Under the pieces are notes generated by a model. It worked only from the letters and a program-made list of their open reading frames with translations, had not been told where the DNA came from and searched no databases. Both the position numbers and the translations under genes were made by a program. From NCBI GenBank assembly GCA_010093815.1, contig ML996568.1: a DNA stretch of 64,000 bases; one strand, 5' to 3'. The DNA comes from Pseudovirgaria hyperparasitica. Lineage: Eukaryota. Shown piece by piece: positions 27,839 to 41,105 of the stretch. Numbering within the stretch: the first letter of the stretch is position 1; each line of letters begins with the position of its first letter.

Positions 27839-27866
27839 TTAGTTAAGGTAATCCCTTGACTAATAA
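27839..27866. promoter_or_regulatory. Degenerate palindrome, copy 4 (in the gag frame of D)
   Basis: ttagttaagg-taat-cccttgactaataa; keeps the unmutated TTGACTAA arm. Confidence 0.45.
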
Positions 27867-30546
27867 CCTTACCCCCAGCGTCTCCACTGGCACACCTGCT
27901 GCTAGTAATGGTGCGATAGGAGCTTAAAATAACGACCTAGTAACTCGTAGAGAGATGCTTAACTTCTTCGTAGCATTTGCGCGATAAGGAAGGATGGTAC
28001 CTCTATCCACCCTAGCCCCCGAGCGCTTTGAAGGAATAAATATTACGGCCTTCCTTCGGAAGTACGAGGACATATATATAAACTACGAAGTTCCGCCTGA
28101 TAAGAAGATAACCTCCCTACCGTTATACTACGAGGACTATCTCCGTCCTGCCATTGAAGGAATGGGTGGGTTTTAGAAACAGTAGTAGACCACGCTACGT
28201 GAAGAATTATTAAAGGAATTCTCTCTATTTGACTCCGCCCTCGAGGAAGGCACCATCTACTTTATCCGAAAATACGTGGAAATGGTTAAAGTAGACCCAT
28301 TCTACTCTCTCCCTATGTACTGCTCCCGGTATTATATTATCACGGAGAAACTTACGGCTAAAGGAAGCCTAAGCTCGTATTCGCGAATAGAGCTCTTCCT
28401 AGAAGGGCTGCCTAATAGTCTTAAGGCTCGGGCTATAGAGAAATGTTAACTCACGATGGAAGCATATAGTTACGACTAGGTAATTATCTATGACTTCGTA
28501 TCACGAAAGGCTAGAGTACTTAAGGAACTAGCTCGTATTAATAAGCACTCAGCCGCACAAGAGCTGGCTATAGCCATATACTATAAATTAAAGATAGGGA
28601 GTAAGAAGACCAGCTTAGAAGAGCAGTCACATGAAGAAAGAAGAACTAATGAATTTAGCCACCCCTCTCTAGTCGAAGTATACGTCGCGCTAGAATCGGA
28701 TAAGTTTAACGAGATAGTAGAGAGATTTAGTAAACTAGACCTCACGTCAATTAAGATGAAGTCCTGCTTTACCTCTGATCCCTTATTCTTATCCCTTAAG
28801 AAGTACGAACCTAAGCTGCTTTCGGCTATTATTAACTAGTAGGCGCGAAGGCTAAATCTTTTAATACACCCCTAAGTACGAGGCATGCCCATGGAACTAA
28901 CGTAAGTTTACCCATAGAATTATATATAGAATAGAGAATACGTCTCTACCCGAGACTCCTAAGGAGGCGTTATGGCCTAGGATAGGCCTCGAAGACCGAT
29001 CGTGTGTATTACGTGCGGAGGAGATTACCTAATATATAGATGTCCGGAGATGGTAGAATATATTAGAGACGGATTACTAAATGTTAACGGGGTGCGAGTG
29101 TTCCGAGGGCGTTTCAGGGCGAACAGAGAAGAAATCCCATTACTACCCTCCTCGGTAGGGCTATAAGCTACCCTATAAGCTATCCAGAACTACGTAGTAA
29201 CGGTTTAAAACGGCCTAAGCTAGTACGGAGGGGGAGTGAAGGTTTCTACGTCTATAGTAAATATTAACGCTTCATGGGGAGTGCCGGTATATAGTATTAG
29301 TATAAAACCTACGAAGGGTCCCTACTAGGCCTTGGCGGACAGCGATTCGGAAGAAGAAGTCACGTCGCCCGAGAGTAAGAAAGATAGATATATAGAATTC
29401 CACGAACGCTTCGACGTGGCTAGTAATAGATATATCCACGAGGAGATAGCCCTGGAAGAGCCCGCTATGCTCGTAATATCTAGAAGGGGGATTACGAAGA
29501 GTATACCTAATTATACTAAGGAAAGAAAGATCGCCCGTCTCCGCGGAATGCGTGAAGGGTAGTATATAAGGATTATCGAGGAATAGGAGGACGGCGAGAA
29601 GAGTAGCGACTAGAGAACGTCTAAATAAGAGCTAACGGCGTCTAAGGATAAGATGGATGAAGGGGATGGCCTAAATCCTAGTTAAAAGGCACGTATCCGA
29701 GGCGTTAAGCTTAATGACTATCTACGCGAGGGATAGCGGCTGAGTATAGAAGCTAGCGAAGCATAGCTAGTGCGCGTTCTAGGGATAACTATGAATATTA
29801 CCATTAGCGAACTATTAAGTCTTAATAGCGACTTACGTCGTGCGGTGTTCGAGAAGGGCGCCCCCGACTTTATAGCTAGAGAGGTCCGCGAGGCTTAAGA
29901 GGAGAGAGCCGAGAAGAAAGGAAGAAACGACCATGCCATGGCTTCTAAGATAAATAAACTTAACGTATTAGCACCCCTCTATGCTACGGGGACGGCCATC
30001 ACGTAACAAGATATTAATTAGCTTAAGGAAGGGATAGTAAGGCTAGTGGCCGAGTGTCTAAGGTACCCCGTGGAAGTTAGTCCTAAAAGGGCGACTAGTA
30101 TAGTACTATTCAATAGTGGCGCGCAGGTAAATAGTATTCGACTAGATGCTACGAGGCGTCTCAGGCTAGCGATATCTTCGCTTCCACCATATATAAAGAA
30201 CTCGAGTTTAGTTAGCGCTACTTAGTATAGCACTCCATTCATGGGAATAGTATAGTAATACCCCATCCGTATAGGTCGGATCGTTACGGCCACTTCGATA
30301 TTCGTATACAGCGAACTTAATCATGACCTTATCCTAGGGGAGCCATATACTAGGTAGGCCTTACTTACGGTGTAGAGGTTAGCCTCTAGGTAAGTACTCT
30401 TAATAGTCCACTCCGCATATGGATAAGAACGTATAACCTTCGAAACTAGTCCGGACGAGTATATTCTGGTCTTAGAGAAGGAGGGTAACTCCGTGGCTAG
30501 AGACTAACTATATAGCGGAGTATGTTGCTAGAAGCCGGAGTTAAGC

Positions 30547-30585
30547 CGGATTATTAGTTAAGGGCTACCCTTAACTAATAATCCG
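30547..30585. promoter_or_regulatory. Palindrome, copy 5, extended to 18-bp arms, between protease and RT of D
   Basis: CGGATTATTAGTTAAGGG-cta-CCCTTAACTAATAATCCG. Confidence 0.55.
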
Positions 30586-33500
30586 CACTAAATGGGGTCC
30601 GGTGAACCCACTAACGAAGGGGATAGGATATATTTTTATACGGATATAGAAATGAGTTATATAGAGTTGCTTTCCGAGAAAATCCGGCCTAAAAATGTTA
30701 CTCGGTTGTCGAGAAAAGATGACTTAGCCGCCCTAGTTACGGCGGTAAGGTACGCTGCCTTCGTATATAAATAAGGCACGATAATAGAACGGCTTATAGT
30801 AGGCTCCACCGGCCTCTAAAGACGGTATTCATCCGGGGTATTAAAGGGATTTAGTATAGCTACCATATATAAAAGAAAGGGAGTTAAAGTACACCCCGTA
30901 GATGACTCCGAAGCCCACCGAAAGGTCCCTAGGAATCTATTAGGGTATCTAGACTAGCGTGAACGAGTAATCGCACGGTAGATACTTCTTCCAGCCGTCT
31001 ACCTAGGCCTTAACGCGTTTAATAGGCTAATAGAGCCTCGAAGGGTAACTATCCCGCTAGGAACACGTCTAACGCCTCTACGTATAAGTTAGCTAAAGAT
31101 TAGAATAGAGCTACGTCCCGCGGAACTTAAGTTACTATATATAATCTTATTATATCGCGAGGAAGTACTAGCATGGGAATTCTTATACCTTAGTAAATTT
31201 AATAAAGAGGTGGCACCTCCGTAGGAGATCCGAACGGTGGAACATAAGGTATAGTAGGCTAAGAACTTTAATATTCCTAGAGCCCTTTATAGGAAGGTAC
31301 TCACGATCCTAAAAGAGCGTCTTAATAGTAGAAGGCTCGAGCCCTATAGTAGTCCTTATCGAAACGCCTATTTTCTCGTGGAAAAGAAGAAGGAAGCTAA
31401 TAAGGAACGAGATTATAGGTTAATTAATTCGGTGATAGAAATCAACCGAGTCACTATTCGTAATGCGGCCACGCCGCCCTCGTGTGAAGAATTCTTAGAG
31501 CACTTTACGGGGATGGCCGTCTTAACGTTTACCGACTTCTTCTTAGGATACGATTAGATTTCATTAGTAGAGCATTGCCGAGACTTAACGGGGTTTATGA
31601 CGCCCCTAGAATTACTACACGGGATAATATTACCTTAAGGGGCCACTAATTTAGTAGCTTAGTTCGTTAGGATCATGTTAACTATTATATAAGAATATAT
31701 CCCGGAGAGGGCTCTACCATTCCTAGATAACTTAGGCATTAAAGGACCTACGATGAAATATAACTCTAAGGAGGCCCTACCTAGAATTTATAGGTATATC
31801 CTAGAATATTTAATTAACGTGGATAAGGTTCTCGCGGATATAGAGCGCGCCGGATACGCCCTAAGTAGTAAGAAGACTCAGTGGTATATTAAAGCCGCTA
31901 ACGTTATAGGATACGTCTACGGCATTAAAGGGAGGCGACCGAGTAGTAAAAAGGTTACTACTATTAGGGACTGGAAACCCTATAAAAACACGACGAATGT
32001 ACGAGCCTTCCTTGGCGTTTATACATATTTCCGGATATGGATCCCCGGGTACGCTATTATCGCATCGCCGCTATTTACACTATTAAAGAATAAATCGGCC
32101 TAGTAGTAGATAGCTAAGGAGTAGACCTCGATGGACGCGCTAAAGATAGCTCTAACTACTACTCCCGCACTAATAATGTTACGGTACGGGACAGGTGCGG
32201 GAGATATAATCCTAGTAGTAGACTCTAGTAACGTTAGGTGGGGGGCTGCGTTAATGTAGGAGAACGAGGATCATAAACGTTAGCCATCGCGGTATAATGG
32301 AGGAATGTGGTTAAAAGCTAAGAGAAACTACGACACCGTGAAACTAGAGTGCCGAGCCCTCCTCCACGCGTTATAGAAGTTCCGGTAATATCTCTATAGC
32401 ACGCACTTCATTATAGAAACAGACGTGAATACTCTAGTCGCTTAAATCAACCGTACCGTAACTAACTTACTAGGGGCGCTCGTTACTAGGTGGCTCGCGT
32501 GGATTTAGCTATAGAACTTTATAGTTAGGCATGTACCTAGGAAGCGTAACATAGTCGCCGACGGCATCTTACGGATGCACGAAGGAGAAGAACCACCAGA
32601 CGTCCCTACCTTTAACCTAGACGAGTTCGTGGATATAGCTCTATGTATAGACGTGCTAGAGACGTCGTTAATCAAGCCCATTAGCGGGAGAGATTACACG
32701 ATAGGGATACTCGACTATGCCGCCATTAAGTCTCCCTTAATAGATGAATATAGCGATAAATGGTAGAGGATTACGAAGTATCTTACTACACTCGAGAGGC
32801 TAACCGACCTAACCGACCGAGCGTATAAGGCCTTTATGACCGACTGCCTAAAGTTCCTCGTGCGTAACCGAATACTCTGGCGGAGAGGAGATGGGTATCG
32901 CTAATATACACGAGTAATTAAGGATCCGAATACTAGGGCGTGTATAATTACTACCACTCACGACGAGATAGATCATAGAGGTAGCGAAGGGACCCTCGGA
33001 AGGATTAAGGATAAGTATTAGTAGATAGGTATGCGTAGAGACGTGTGATAGCACGTGAAAACCTATAACGAATATTAACGACGAAGTAAGCTCCTCGGAG
33101 GTCTTAATAAAGGGCTCTACCACGTTATAACACCTATTCTTTAGTAAAGAATATACTTAGACGTAACGATACTACCACCTTCTATAGGGTATAGTAAAGT
33201 AGTATCCATATAAGAATAGCTAAGCGGATGGACTAAGGCGGAGGCATGTACGGCGGCCACGTCTATAGTCGTCGTAAAGTTCCTCTTTAAGAACGTGATC
33301 TATAGATACGGAATCATTCCTAAAATTACCTATGACGGTGGTAGAGAAAATATGGGTGCCATAGAGGAGCTCCTCCGACTCTATAGAATTTATTAGAAGG
33401 TTACGTCTGCGTATAATCCCCGAGCAAATAGGATTATTAAGAGAAGTTTTATACTACTCGCTAATGCTCTCGCGAAGATAACTAATGGCGGATTTAAGAA

Positions 33501-34539
33501 CTGGCCTAACCACCTCCATGCGGTCGTCTAGGTAGATAGAATAACGACACGTGCTAGCATAGGGTATAGTGCCGCATACCTCGTGCTCGGCCATGAACCA
33601 ATCATGCCTATCGAAGTCGAATTTAAGTCGCTCCGAATGCTCCCTTAGGACGAGGTGCGATTAACGTCCGACTTACTCGCTCTTCGAGCTAGATAACTTA
33701 AGAGAAGATCCGAGGATCTTAAGGAGGTCTATGCCCACGCGATACGAACGCGTAAGGAATCAAGAGAGGCATGGAATGACGACTATCACCTTCGTTAAGA
33801 GTCGTTACTAGTTGATACGATTATCCTCCTATACGACTCGCAGCGACAGAAGGATATAGGGCGAAAGCTAAGATAGCATTAGAGGGGGCTATACAGAATC
33901 TAGTCCGTGTTTAATTATACTTATAAGCTCGCGGAGCTTGATGGAGCCATGCTTAGAGGGACGTTTCCTAGCCATAGGTTAAAGAAATATTTCATGAGAA
34001 ATGCGAGTAACGAGAGTTACGACGAGCCCTCGCGACCACCGATCGGAAGAATTACCGAGGAAAATAAGAGAGTGGCGATAAGGAAAACTATCATAAATAA
34101 CTCACGGAATACCTCGACGACGCCACATGAACCCGGGTAGAAGTGGTGATTCCTACTCCGTAAGGCTTTAATAGAGAGGAATATTTGCGTTTCCCTAGAA
34201 TCGATATCTCCTTCTAGGGGATAGAAGTTTTTTTTAAGGAGGGAAGGGATGCTTGTAAAAGTAGTCTCATGACGATGAACTCCATTATCGAAAGAGGATG
34301 ATAAACCCCATTATCACTATAAAATAATAAAACCCATTATTAAAGTAAGCAATGCTCGAAAGAAGACATAATGGCGTTTACGCGAAATTCCACCCACCAC
34401 ACATTAAAACCGGTCGTGTAATCAAAGCCCACCCATCGAAGGCCTATTTCGTTACTATGGAACGGGCCCCGTTAGGAACTAATAAGGAAGAAAAGAAGGA
34501 GGAGATATAAGAGAAAAAGATACTTATAGGAAGTCTTAT

Positions 34540-34720
34540 GAGGATGAGAATATACCCGGTATCTATTTATTTATAGATTCCGCCATATACCCGGTAGACA
34601 CATTCATTCATAGATTTCCTATGTACCCAGCATATATTTATTCACAGATTTAACACGTATACGGGCCTACGGCCGTTGGCAAGGATCATTTATAAAAATC
34701 ACTATATACCCGGCATTCGA
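34540..34720 (+). repeat. Imperfect ~35-bp tandem repeats upstream of ORF3 in D
   Basis: Three units of the form tatacccggta...ttcattcatagatt starting near 34550, 34585 and 34620, plus tatacccggca near 34705. Confidence 0.65.
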
Positions 34721-34873
34721 GGAGGCATAAAAAGAGAACTTAAGATAGTATATAACTCTTCCCTCTTACACCTCTCCATACCTCCTTAATCGATAAAACC
34801 TCCTCCTCCACTTCCGCCTCGCTCAAACCACCTCTCCTTAGAACGTAACTCGCCGATAGAACTAATAATAATA

Positions 34874-37779
34874 ATAGCCCCGCCGAAGAAGAAAACGCCT
34901 ACCCGTGAAGAGTCATAAGATCGTTAAGTACTAATAAGATAGACGCGGTCCTAGTTAAGAGTCGTGAGTGCTAAAGTAGGGCCATCGACGGCTATCGTGG
35001 TATCGAGGCCATCTACTACTCCGCACGGATAGGCTATAGAAGCTACGGAAATAAATGAGTCCACCATTAACCGAATCATCGCCATCTAGGACCCGCAAGA
35101 GCGATAGGACTATATTCTAGACACGTTTAATAATCTCCTTTATATTACCAGCCTCGTAGAATAGCTCTTAAGTAGTATAGTTAACCTCTTCTAGGAAGTA
35201 GGAGCCGCAATAGGGTATAGTAAGGTAAAGATTAACTCCTCTATTCCGAAAGAAGTCCACGAGATGATTCGTCGTGGAAGAGACACCAACTCCCGCATCC
35301 TAAAAGCCAAAAATGCGATCCTACAAAACTAGCGAAAAGACCTCCCTAATAATAACGGCCAGTCACTCTAATCCGCCCTTGGACAGCTCTAGTAAACATA
35401 GAACTTCATGGAAAAGCTAGTAGCGCTCTCACGAGTGCGAACATGGGCGAGAGCGAGGAACTAGTTAAACGTATCCCTATGGTCCTAAATCGGCCAGGGA
35501 CAGAAGGGAAGGGGAATCAAGGCATATCTTTAGAGCTCTAATATCGATGCCGCTCTAGCTAGCGATAGTAACGAGGACGGCCTATCTCTCTAGTAACTCT
35601 CGAACTACCCTAGCCGATAAAATAAACTAACGTTCCATAATAAGACGGGACTTATTATCCCCGCTAGTTAACAGTCACGGATAAGTAGAATGGTTCATAG
35701 GCCCGTCGAACACTACCTATAAATCAAAGAGATAAGTACATCGCCTCCGCCTTAGACCTTACCGTCGCTAAAACCAGCGTAGATAACGCCCGTAGTGAAG
35801 TCCCCTCCACGAAGCACGCCTCCTAGTTTAGTAGCACGTTATCTCTTCGAAGCTAGTCGTCCGTTCGAAGCAAGTATTCCTCCTACCACCACTAGTAAAC
35901 GTCCCCTACCGGGCCATGCGAGAACGTCTTTAGTATCTATCACGGCCACGCCGATAAAACCCACTTACGGACGTGCCTCATCTGCCGGCCCTTAGTAATT
36001 ACTAGGGGCGCCTACATGATAATCCCCGGTTATTCTTAGTTCGCACCCTAAGACGATGGCATCGGTCGAGGAAGAGGACGAGCCTAAGAAGTATTAATAC
36101 GCGCCTTTAGTGACGAAGACTTTTAAGGCAGCTACATTATCAAAGAAGAATTTCACGAGCATTAAGGGAATGGCCCTACTAGTGCGCTGGAAAGCGTAGA
36201 TAGGTAACATGGCTATTCCGTACAAAGTCTACTACAAGCATTGCTAAGACGTGGCTAGAAAGAATGATATACTCGTTAGCGTGTCCCACTTAAACCTAGT
36301 GGCGAGACTTAAAATGGTATATGAGTTTAGAGATAACGTGGGGGCCCTTAAAGTTCATAAGGACCGCTATACCTGGTTCGCGAAGTACGCGCGGCCACCT
36401 TATCCAATAGAGGCATTAGGTATCTATCGTTACCAGGCCCTAGAGACCCCGAAGTAAGTCATTAATATTAAAACCATCCTTACTAGTATCGCATTTATGA
36501 TTCAGAAGGAGGACGGTAGAATAGATAGATAACTCTTCGACGAGTGGGAACGTACCGGAAGTGTTAATATTAAAGGGCTCTTCGAGCCACTTAAAAAGAC
36601 GACCTCTATACTTAATAAGAGTATCCTGGAACTCGCGAGGGATGAATTTAATATGTACAAGTACCACCAGCGCATGTTTAATAAGAAATCGAACTACGGC
36701 TGGCTACGAACTATATACCACTCCTATATCTAATAGTTTATTAGGTAATGCCTACTTTACTAGCTCACCTATGTCGCTCTTTGGCCCGATCTTAACCACT
36801 ATCTAATCTCGTACCCGTACTATGCGAAGTCCTAGGATAGGGGCGATAAGACGGGTTTTAAGCATCTCGATAACGCCATCAATCGAATCCTCGATCCTAG
36901 CGATAGACACGGGTTTAACATGATCTAGGGGAGCATTAGTCTCGACGACAAACGAAGTGACGACTGCACTATAATCGTTCCCCGCTTCTATAAGTTCTTA
37001 AACGAATGGTAGTCGAAGGGTAAGCTCCGCGAGGGGGTTAATCGAAACGGTATAATCACGGCTATTAACGATAAGATCTATAATGCGGACGACAGGAAAC
37101 GATTTGGTCCCTTCGTCCCAGTCCCCTACTAGTCCCTTAAAGTACGTATCTCTAGCCCACTAATAATACACGGCGCCTAGGGTCCCGTAAAGGGTGGAAG
37201 ACGCACGATGCTTCTATAGTATATCGCGATTAGCCCTAATCACATGATAATGGAAGTGCCTGAAATGGGCACATGGGAACAACTCGCAGTAGCTCACAGG
37301 AATTTGACTCCGGGACCCACGTCTCCGTCGGGATTTTCTAATAAATACGGCGCGATTCCTTTTGCCTTCCTAGCCGCAGTTCAACTCCCGAGTTTTAACG
37401 CCGTTAGTAACGCATTAGTCGGCCGTAAAAGATGGGACAGCTAGGAGGTGAAAGAAGAGGCAGCTACGTGGCTTAACGCAAGTCCTTAATAACTTAAAGC
37501 TAAGGTAGACGCCTGGTTTAAGGAGGGCTCGAGGGTATTTATAGAGACCTTTAAGAAAATGGTAAGGTAGGAAAGGCTAGTCTATAGGGATAGATCGTTC
37601 TGGAAGGAATTTAACGAGGCGCGCGCCGCTAAGCGGCCAATTAATTTTAAGAAATTCAAGCCTAACGCGGGCCTAGATAACGTCGAAGAGAACTTCTATA
37701 GATAGGAGAGGCCTAACGAACTATCCGACGAGGAGGAATCTAACCTCTCTAAGATAAGCGACATGATTCTTTAGGAGCT
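34874..37779 (+). pseudogene. ORF3 of element D: ~970 codons; helical N-terminus, Pro/Ser-rich linker, C-terminal PhyH-like 2OG-Fe(II) dioxygenase-type domain; RIP-inactivated; 3' end runs into gap
   Basis: One frame from ata(ATG)-gcc-ccg-ccg-aag-aag-aaa; stops are TAA/TAG explainable as RIP of CAA/CAG/TGG, plus one TGA. Motifs ISYPYYAK, GFKHLD (36863-36871), MI(Q)GSISLDD, CTIIVPRF, VPVP(C)...VRISSPL.IHGA (His 37169), RRTML(PW). Confidence 0.72.
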
Positions 37780-37849
37780 NNNNNNNNNNNNNNNNNNNNN
37801 NNNNNNNNNNNNNNNNNNNNNNNNNNNNNNNNNNNNNNNNNNNNNNNNN
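37780..37849. other. Assembly gap (70 N)
   Basis: Run of n. Confidence 1.
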
Positions 37850-37850
37850 A

Positions 37851-37881
37851 TTATTAGTTAAGGGCTGCCCTTAACTAATAA
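37851..37881. promoter_or_regulatory. 31-bp palindrome, copy 6 (between ORF3 and the 3' LTR of D)
   Basis: TTATTAGTTAAGGG-ctg-CCCTTAACTAATAA directly after the gap. Confidence 0.55.
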
Positions 37882-40800
37882 TCCGGGCTAAGGTTTACCC
37901 GCGCCGAGAGGTTTACTAGGGGCGCATTTTATTCGTATTAAGGTCTTTCTTTTGGGCGTTCTTCACACGGTTTCTCACACGGTTACTACACTACTAAGGG
38001 CAGCAGTTCTATGGGCCGGGGAGGTATATATGGAAGGCCGCTCCTACAGCCCCACATGTATGTGTCCCTGGCTCGATTATATGGCTCATTATATATTTAA
38101 GGAGGGCGTTTTCCTTGGTCATTCTGCATGACACGCTTCCACCATCACTAATATTCGACGATTCGACCTTTCCTTACGTTCATGGGCCTCTATAGGTATT
38201 GATTATTAGGCTTAGCTATTGATAAATTGATTAAGAGTATTATATAGACCCGTCCTATCGTAAAAGAGAACTAATGAGAAGTCGTACGTTCAAAGAGAAC
38301 TCATAATACCTAGGAGAGATACTTGTGAGTTCGTCGCGACTACTATACTAAGGATATAGCCATTTATAAAAAGGGACATACGTGGCGATGGCTCATTACA
38401 ATAGATATTTAGCGCCGTAAACGTCTAATAGGTCTACTAGTTCCGGGAGAGGGAACATGGCCTCCTATAGGGCCTTAGTTTTCTTAAGGCTCGTAGAGTA
38501 TATTCTCCTCTAATGTATTAGGGGAGGCATAAGTAGCGGGGGTATCGGAGTATCTACGCCCTTAGCCTATTTCGCCATACGCCATAGCCCTATTATATAT
38601 TATATCTATTAACTAGTAATTATATACTACTATTTACGCCTTTCGTTACGGAGGACTTTATCGCGTTATCGTATCGCTTCCTTCTATTCTTTCTACGACT
38701 CGGGTATTCTTATATAGTATACGCGTATATATAGCCTTCGGGCGTCTTATCTACTTTCCCGTACTTAAGGAATCCCCTTTACTTCTAGGGGCCGGTATAT
38801 TCGGTATAGTACGTGTTTATTTCTCGTATTCTAGTATGTTTATAGGAGTGTCTATACGGCCTAGTCTATGGCTAGGTTATTAGATATATCGACTATAGAG
38901 GGATCTAGAATCGCCGATTCCAGGTCCTTCAGGTACTTTTCCTAGTCGGTGTCCTTCTATATCTATCGTCCCCGTTATTTATTCGGGGTATATACGTTTA
39001 TTATAGTTTCTATATATTCGTAGTCGGAATCCGTCTATACCTAGCCTAGGCGGTAGTATTAGATCCAGTAACTAATATACTCCATAGCGAAGGTAAGGTT
39101 AAGCGTAGACCCGTCTTCGTCCTATTTATGTTTTTTCTATATAACTTATTCTATAGGTGTAAGTAGGTATAGGAAGTCGTGGTAGCGGGTGCGTAGTTCC
39201 CTTACTCTAAGTTCTTCCCTAACCACGGCTAGGCCTCCCTACCATTAGTGGTAGAGGTTAAAGTCTCCTAGGAGGATGTATTACCCTAGTTCCGTGGTAC
39301 CCTTAAGCATCTCGTCTAGTATAAGTACACGTTATTAGTTATATATGTTATATATATATAGAGGGCCTATATCTATTTATAGGTATAGTATTATCCTAAG
39401 GTTATCGCGCTCGGTATACGACTATAATAAGAGTAGTATTAACCTATAAATATAGAAGAGGACTCGTCTTTCTAGTCCTAGAGGGTATATAGTATAGTAT
39501 CCGGGGTGTGTGGTTGGTTTACTTATCTAGTAGTATTTATAGGGTTCCTAGATAGCGAGTATTATGGCCCCGGTCTCTTCGAGGAGCGTTGCCTAGTTCT
39601 CTCTTTTATATTATATGTTTACCTATATAATTTAGAGTATATTCTAGTCCCTTATTAGATACTAGGGAGTATATATACCTATATACTTATTCCTTAGAGG
39701 CGCGACTATCCTCACGCGGCAGCGGCTTTAACTATACCTTTTAGTCGTCCTATCGTCTTCGGAATAGTCTACTATCCTACCTAACTATCTTCCGGAGGGG
39801 AGGTTAGGGGTATTATAAAGGAAGGGCTCGTGGTAGGTATTATATTCTATAACTATCTCGTGCCTCTTACTTTTATCATACGAATGTATTCTATAACCTA
39901 TTTATATTTTATACACGTTAACGACTATAACGGGTATTTCCCGTCGTAGTTTAAATACTATACTATATCTCTATTTCTTAGTCCGTCTCCTCGCGGTTTA
40001 TAAGGGCACTTCTAGATAGTATGGTCCCTACGGTACTATCCGCACTTAGTCTTCTATAAGTACCTTTATATAGTATATCTATACCCTTAATAGTTAAAGT
40101 ACTATGTTATTACCTATACTCTATCCTATGGCTCGGCTATAAGAAGCTCTCCTTCTATTAGGAATCCCTCCTATATAATATATTATATAAGGGCGGGGTC
40201 TCGGAGCTCTATAATTATAGTAGAGTGTTTTTTCGCCGTCGTCTTAATCGCCTATAGGTTCTTCTACCACGCTTTTACGATCTTAATCCCTAGGTATTTT
40301 CGCGTGTTAGATTATTCTATATACGTAATATCCTCCGCTCCGATAGCCTATCCCCGCACGGGTACTACGTATACTATAATCGGGTATATAGCTACCCTAA
40401 TAGACGCGCTAGGGAAGATACTACCTATTGCGTTCGGATCTCGCGAGATGTTTTACTACGTAGTATTCGTTATAGTAGTAAGTACTACCCTACCTAGCGT
40501 AACTTTAGTAGCCACGACGCTTAACTACATTCCTTTCTATTCATTAATCTTATTTATAATTTCCTTTAGGGATACCTATTAGACCTACGCTAGCGTGTCC
40601 TTATCCTAGATTACAACACGTATACTATATACTCTATCTATAGTCCTAGTAGTCCTTAGTACGGTAGCTCCGGGTATTACTATAATCTAAGCCTACGTAT
40701 TAGGGCGCTTACCTTAGAATAGCTCTTCCTAGATTCTCCGTAGGCTAGCTTCTATTCGGTTGAGTCTACTACTAGATTTCTCTTATAGCGACTTCCTTTC

Positions 40801-41105
40801 TTCCTCTATAATTCCTCTTAGATTCCGGATAAGGTCCTAGAATATATAAAGAAGGGTCTTCTTTCCCTCCTCGGCGTCCCTCTCTACACGTATTACCTAG
40901 TATTTAATTTTATCTAGGAGGGTCTCCCCTCTCGGGGTCCCCTTAGTCTAGGTTATCTATAGCGCTTTGCACCCTTGGTTAGTTCCTATATTTTAGATAG
41001 GTGTCTAGCTATCTATATTAATGTCGCTATATAGCCGTTTCTACTATACTAGTGGGGGTATATCCGGCGTATACTAGGGTATTACGATGCCTAAGGCCGC
41101 CATGG

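Larger units (their letters stand above)
27541..34140 (+). pseudogene. Single-frame gag-pol of element D (RIP stops); start approximate
   Basis: ORF-track fragments at 27994, 29332, 30592, 31753, 32575 and 33907 share one frame. Motifs FEGINITAFLRKYE (gag), VLFNSGA (protease DSG), FLDNLGIKGP (RT), VRAFLG..YFRIWI, VDSS..GWG and IETD (RNase H), then integrase and YKLAELDG. Confidence 0.88.
26963..38400 (+). mobile_element. Ty3/Gypsy retrotransposon D (no chromodomain seen, possibly Ylt1-like), 11.4 kb, with an extra ORF3
   Basis: 372-bp LTRs 26963-27334 and 38029-38400 (right LTR ends cattaca); 4-bp TSD atag; PBS-like tagaggtcgtacc after the 5' LTR; purine-rich gggccggggagg before the 3' LTR. 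Confidence 0.93.

Noticed and set aside
34874..37779. ORF3 of D as an env gene
   Set aside because: The position is env-like, but there is no signal peptide or transmembrane segment; it has a basic N-terminus and oxygenase-type motifs.
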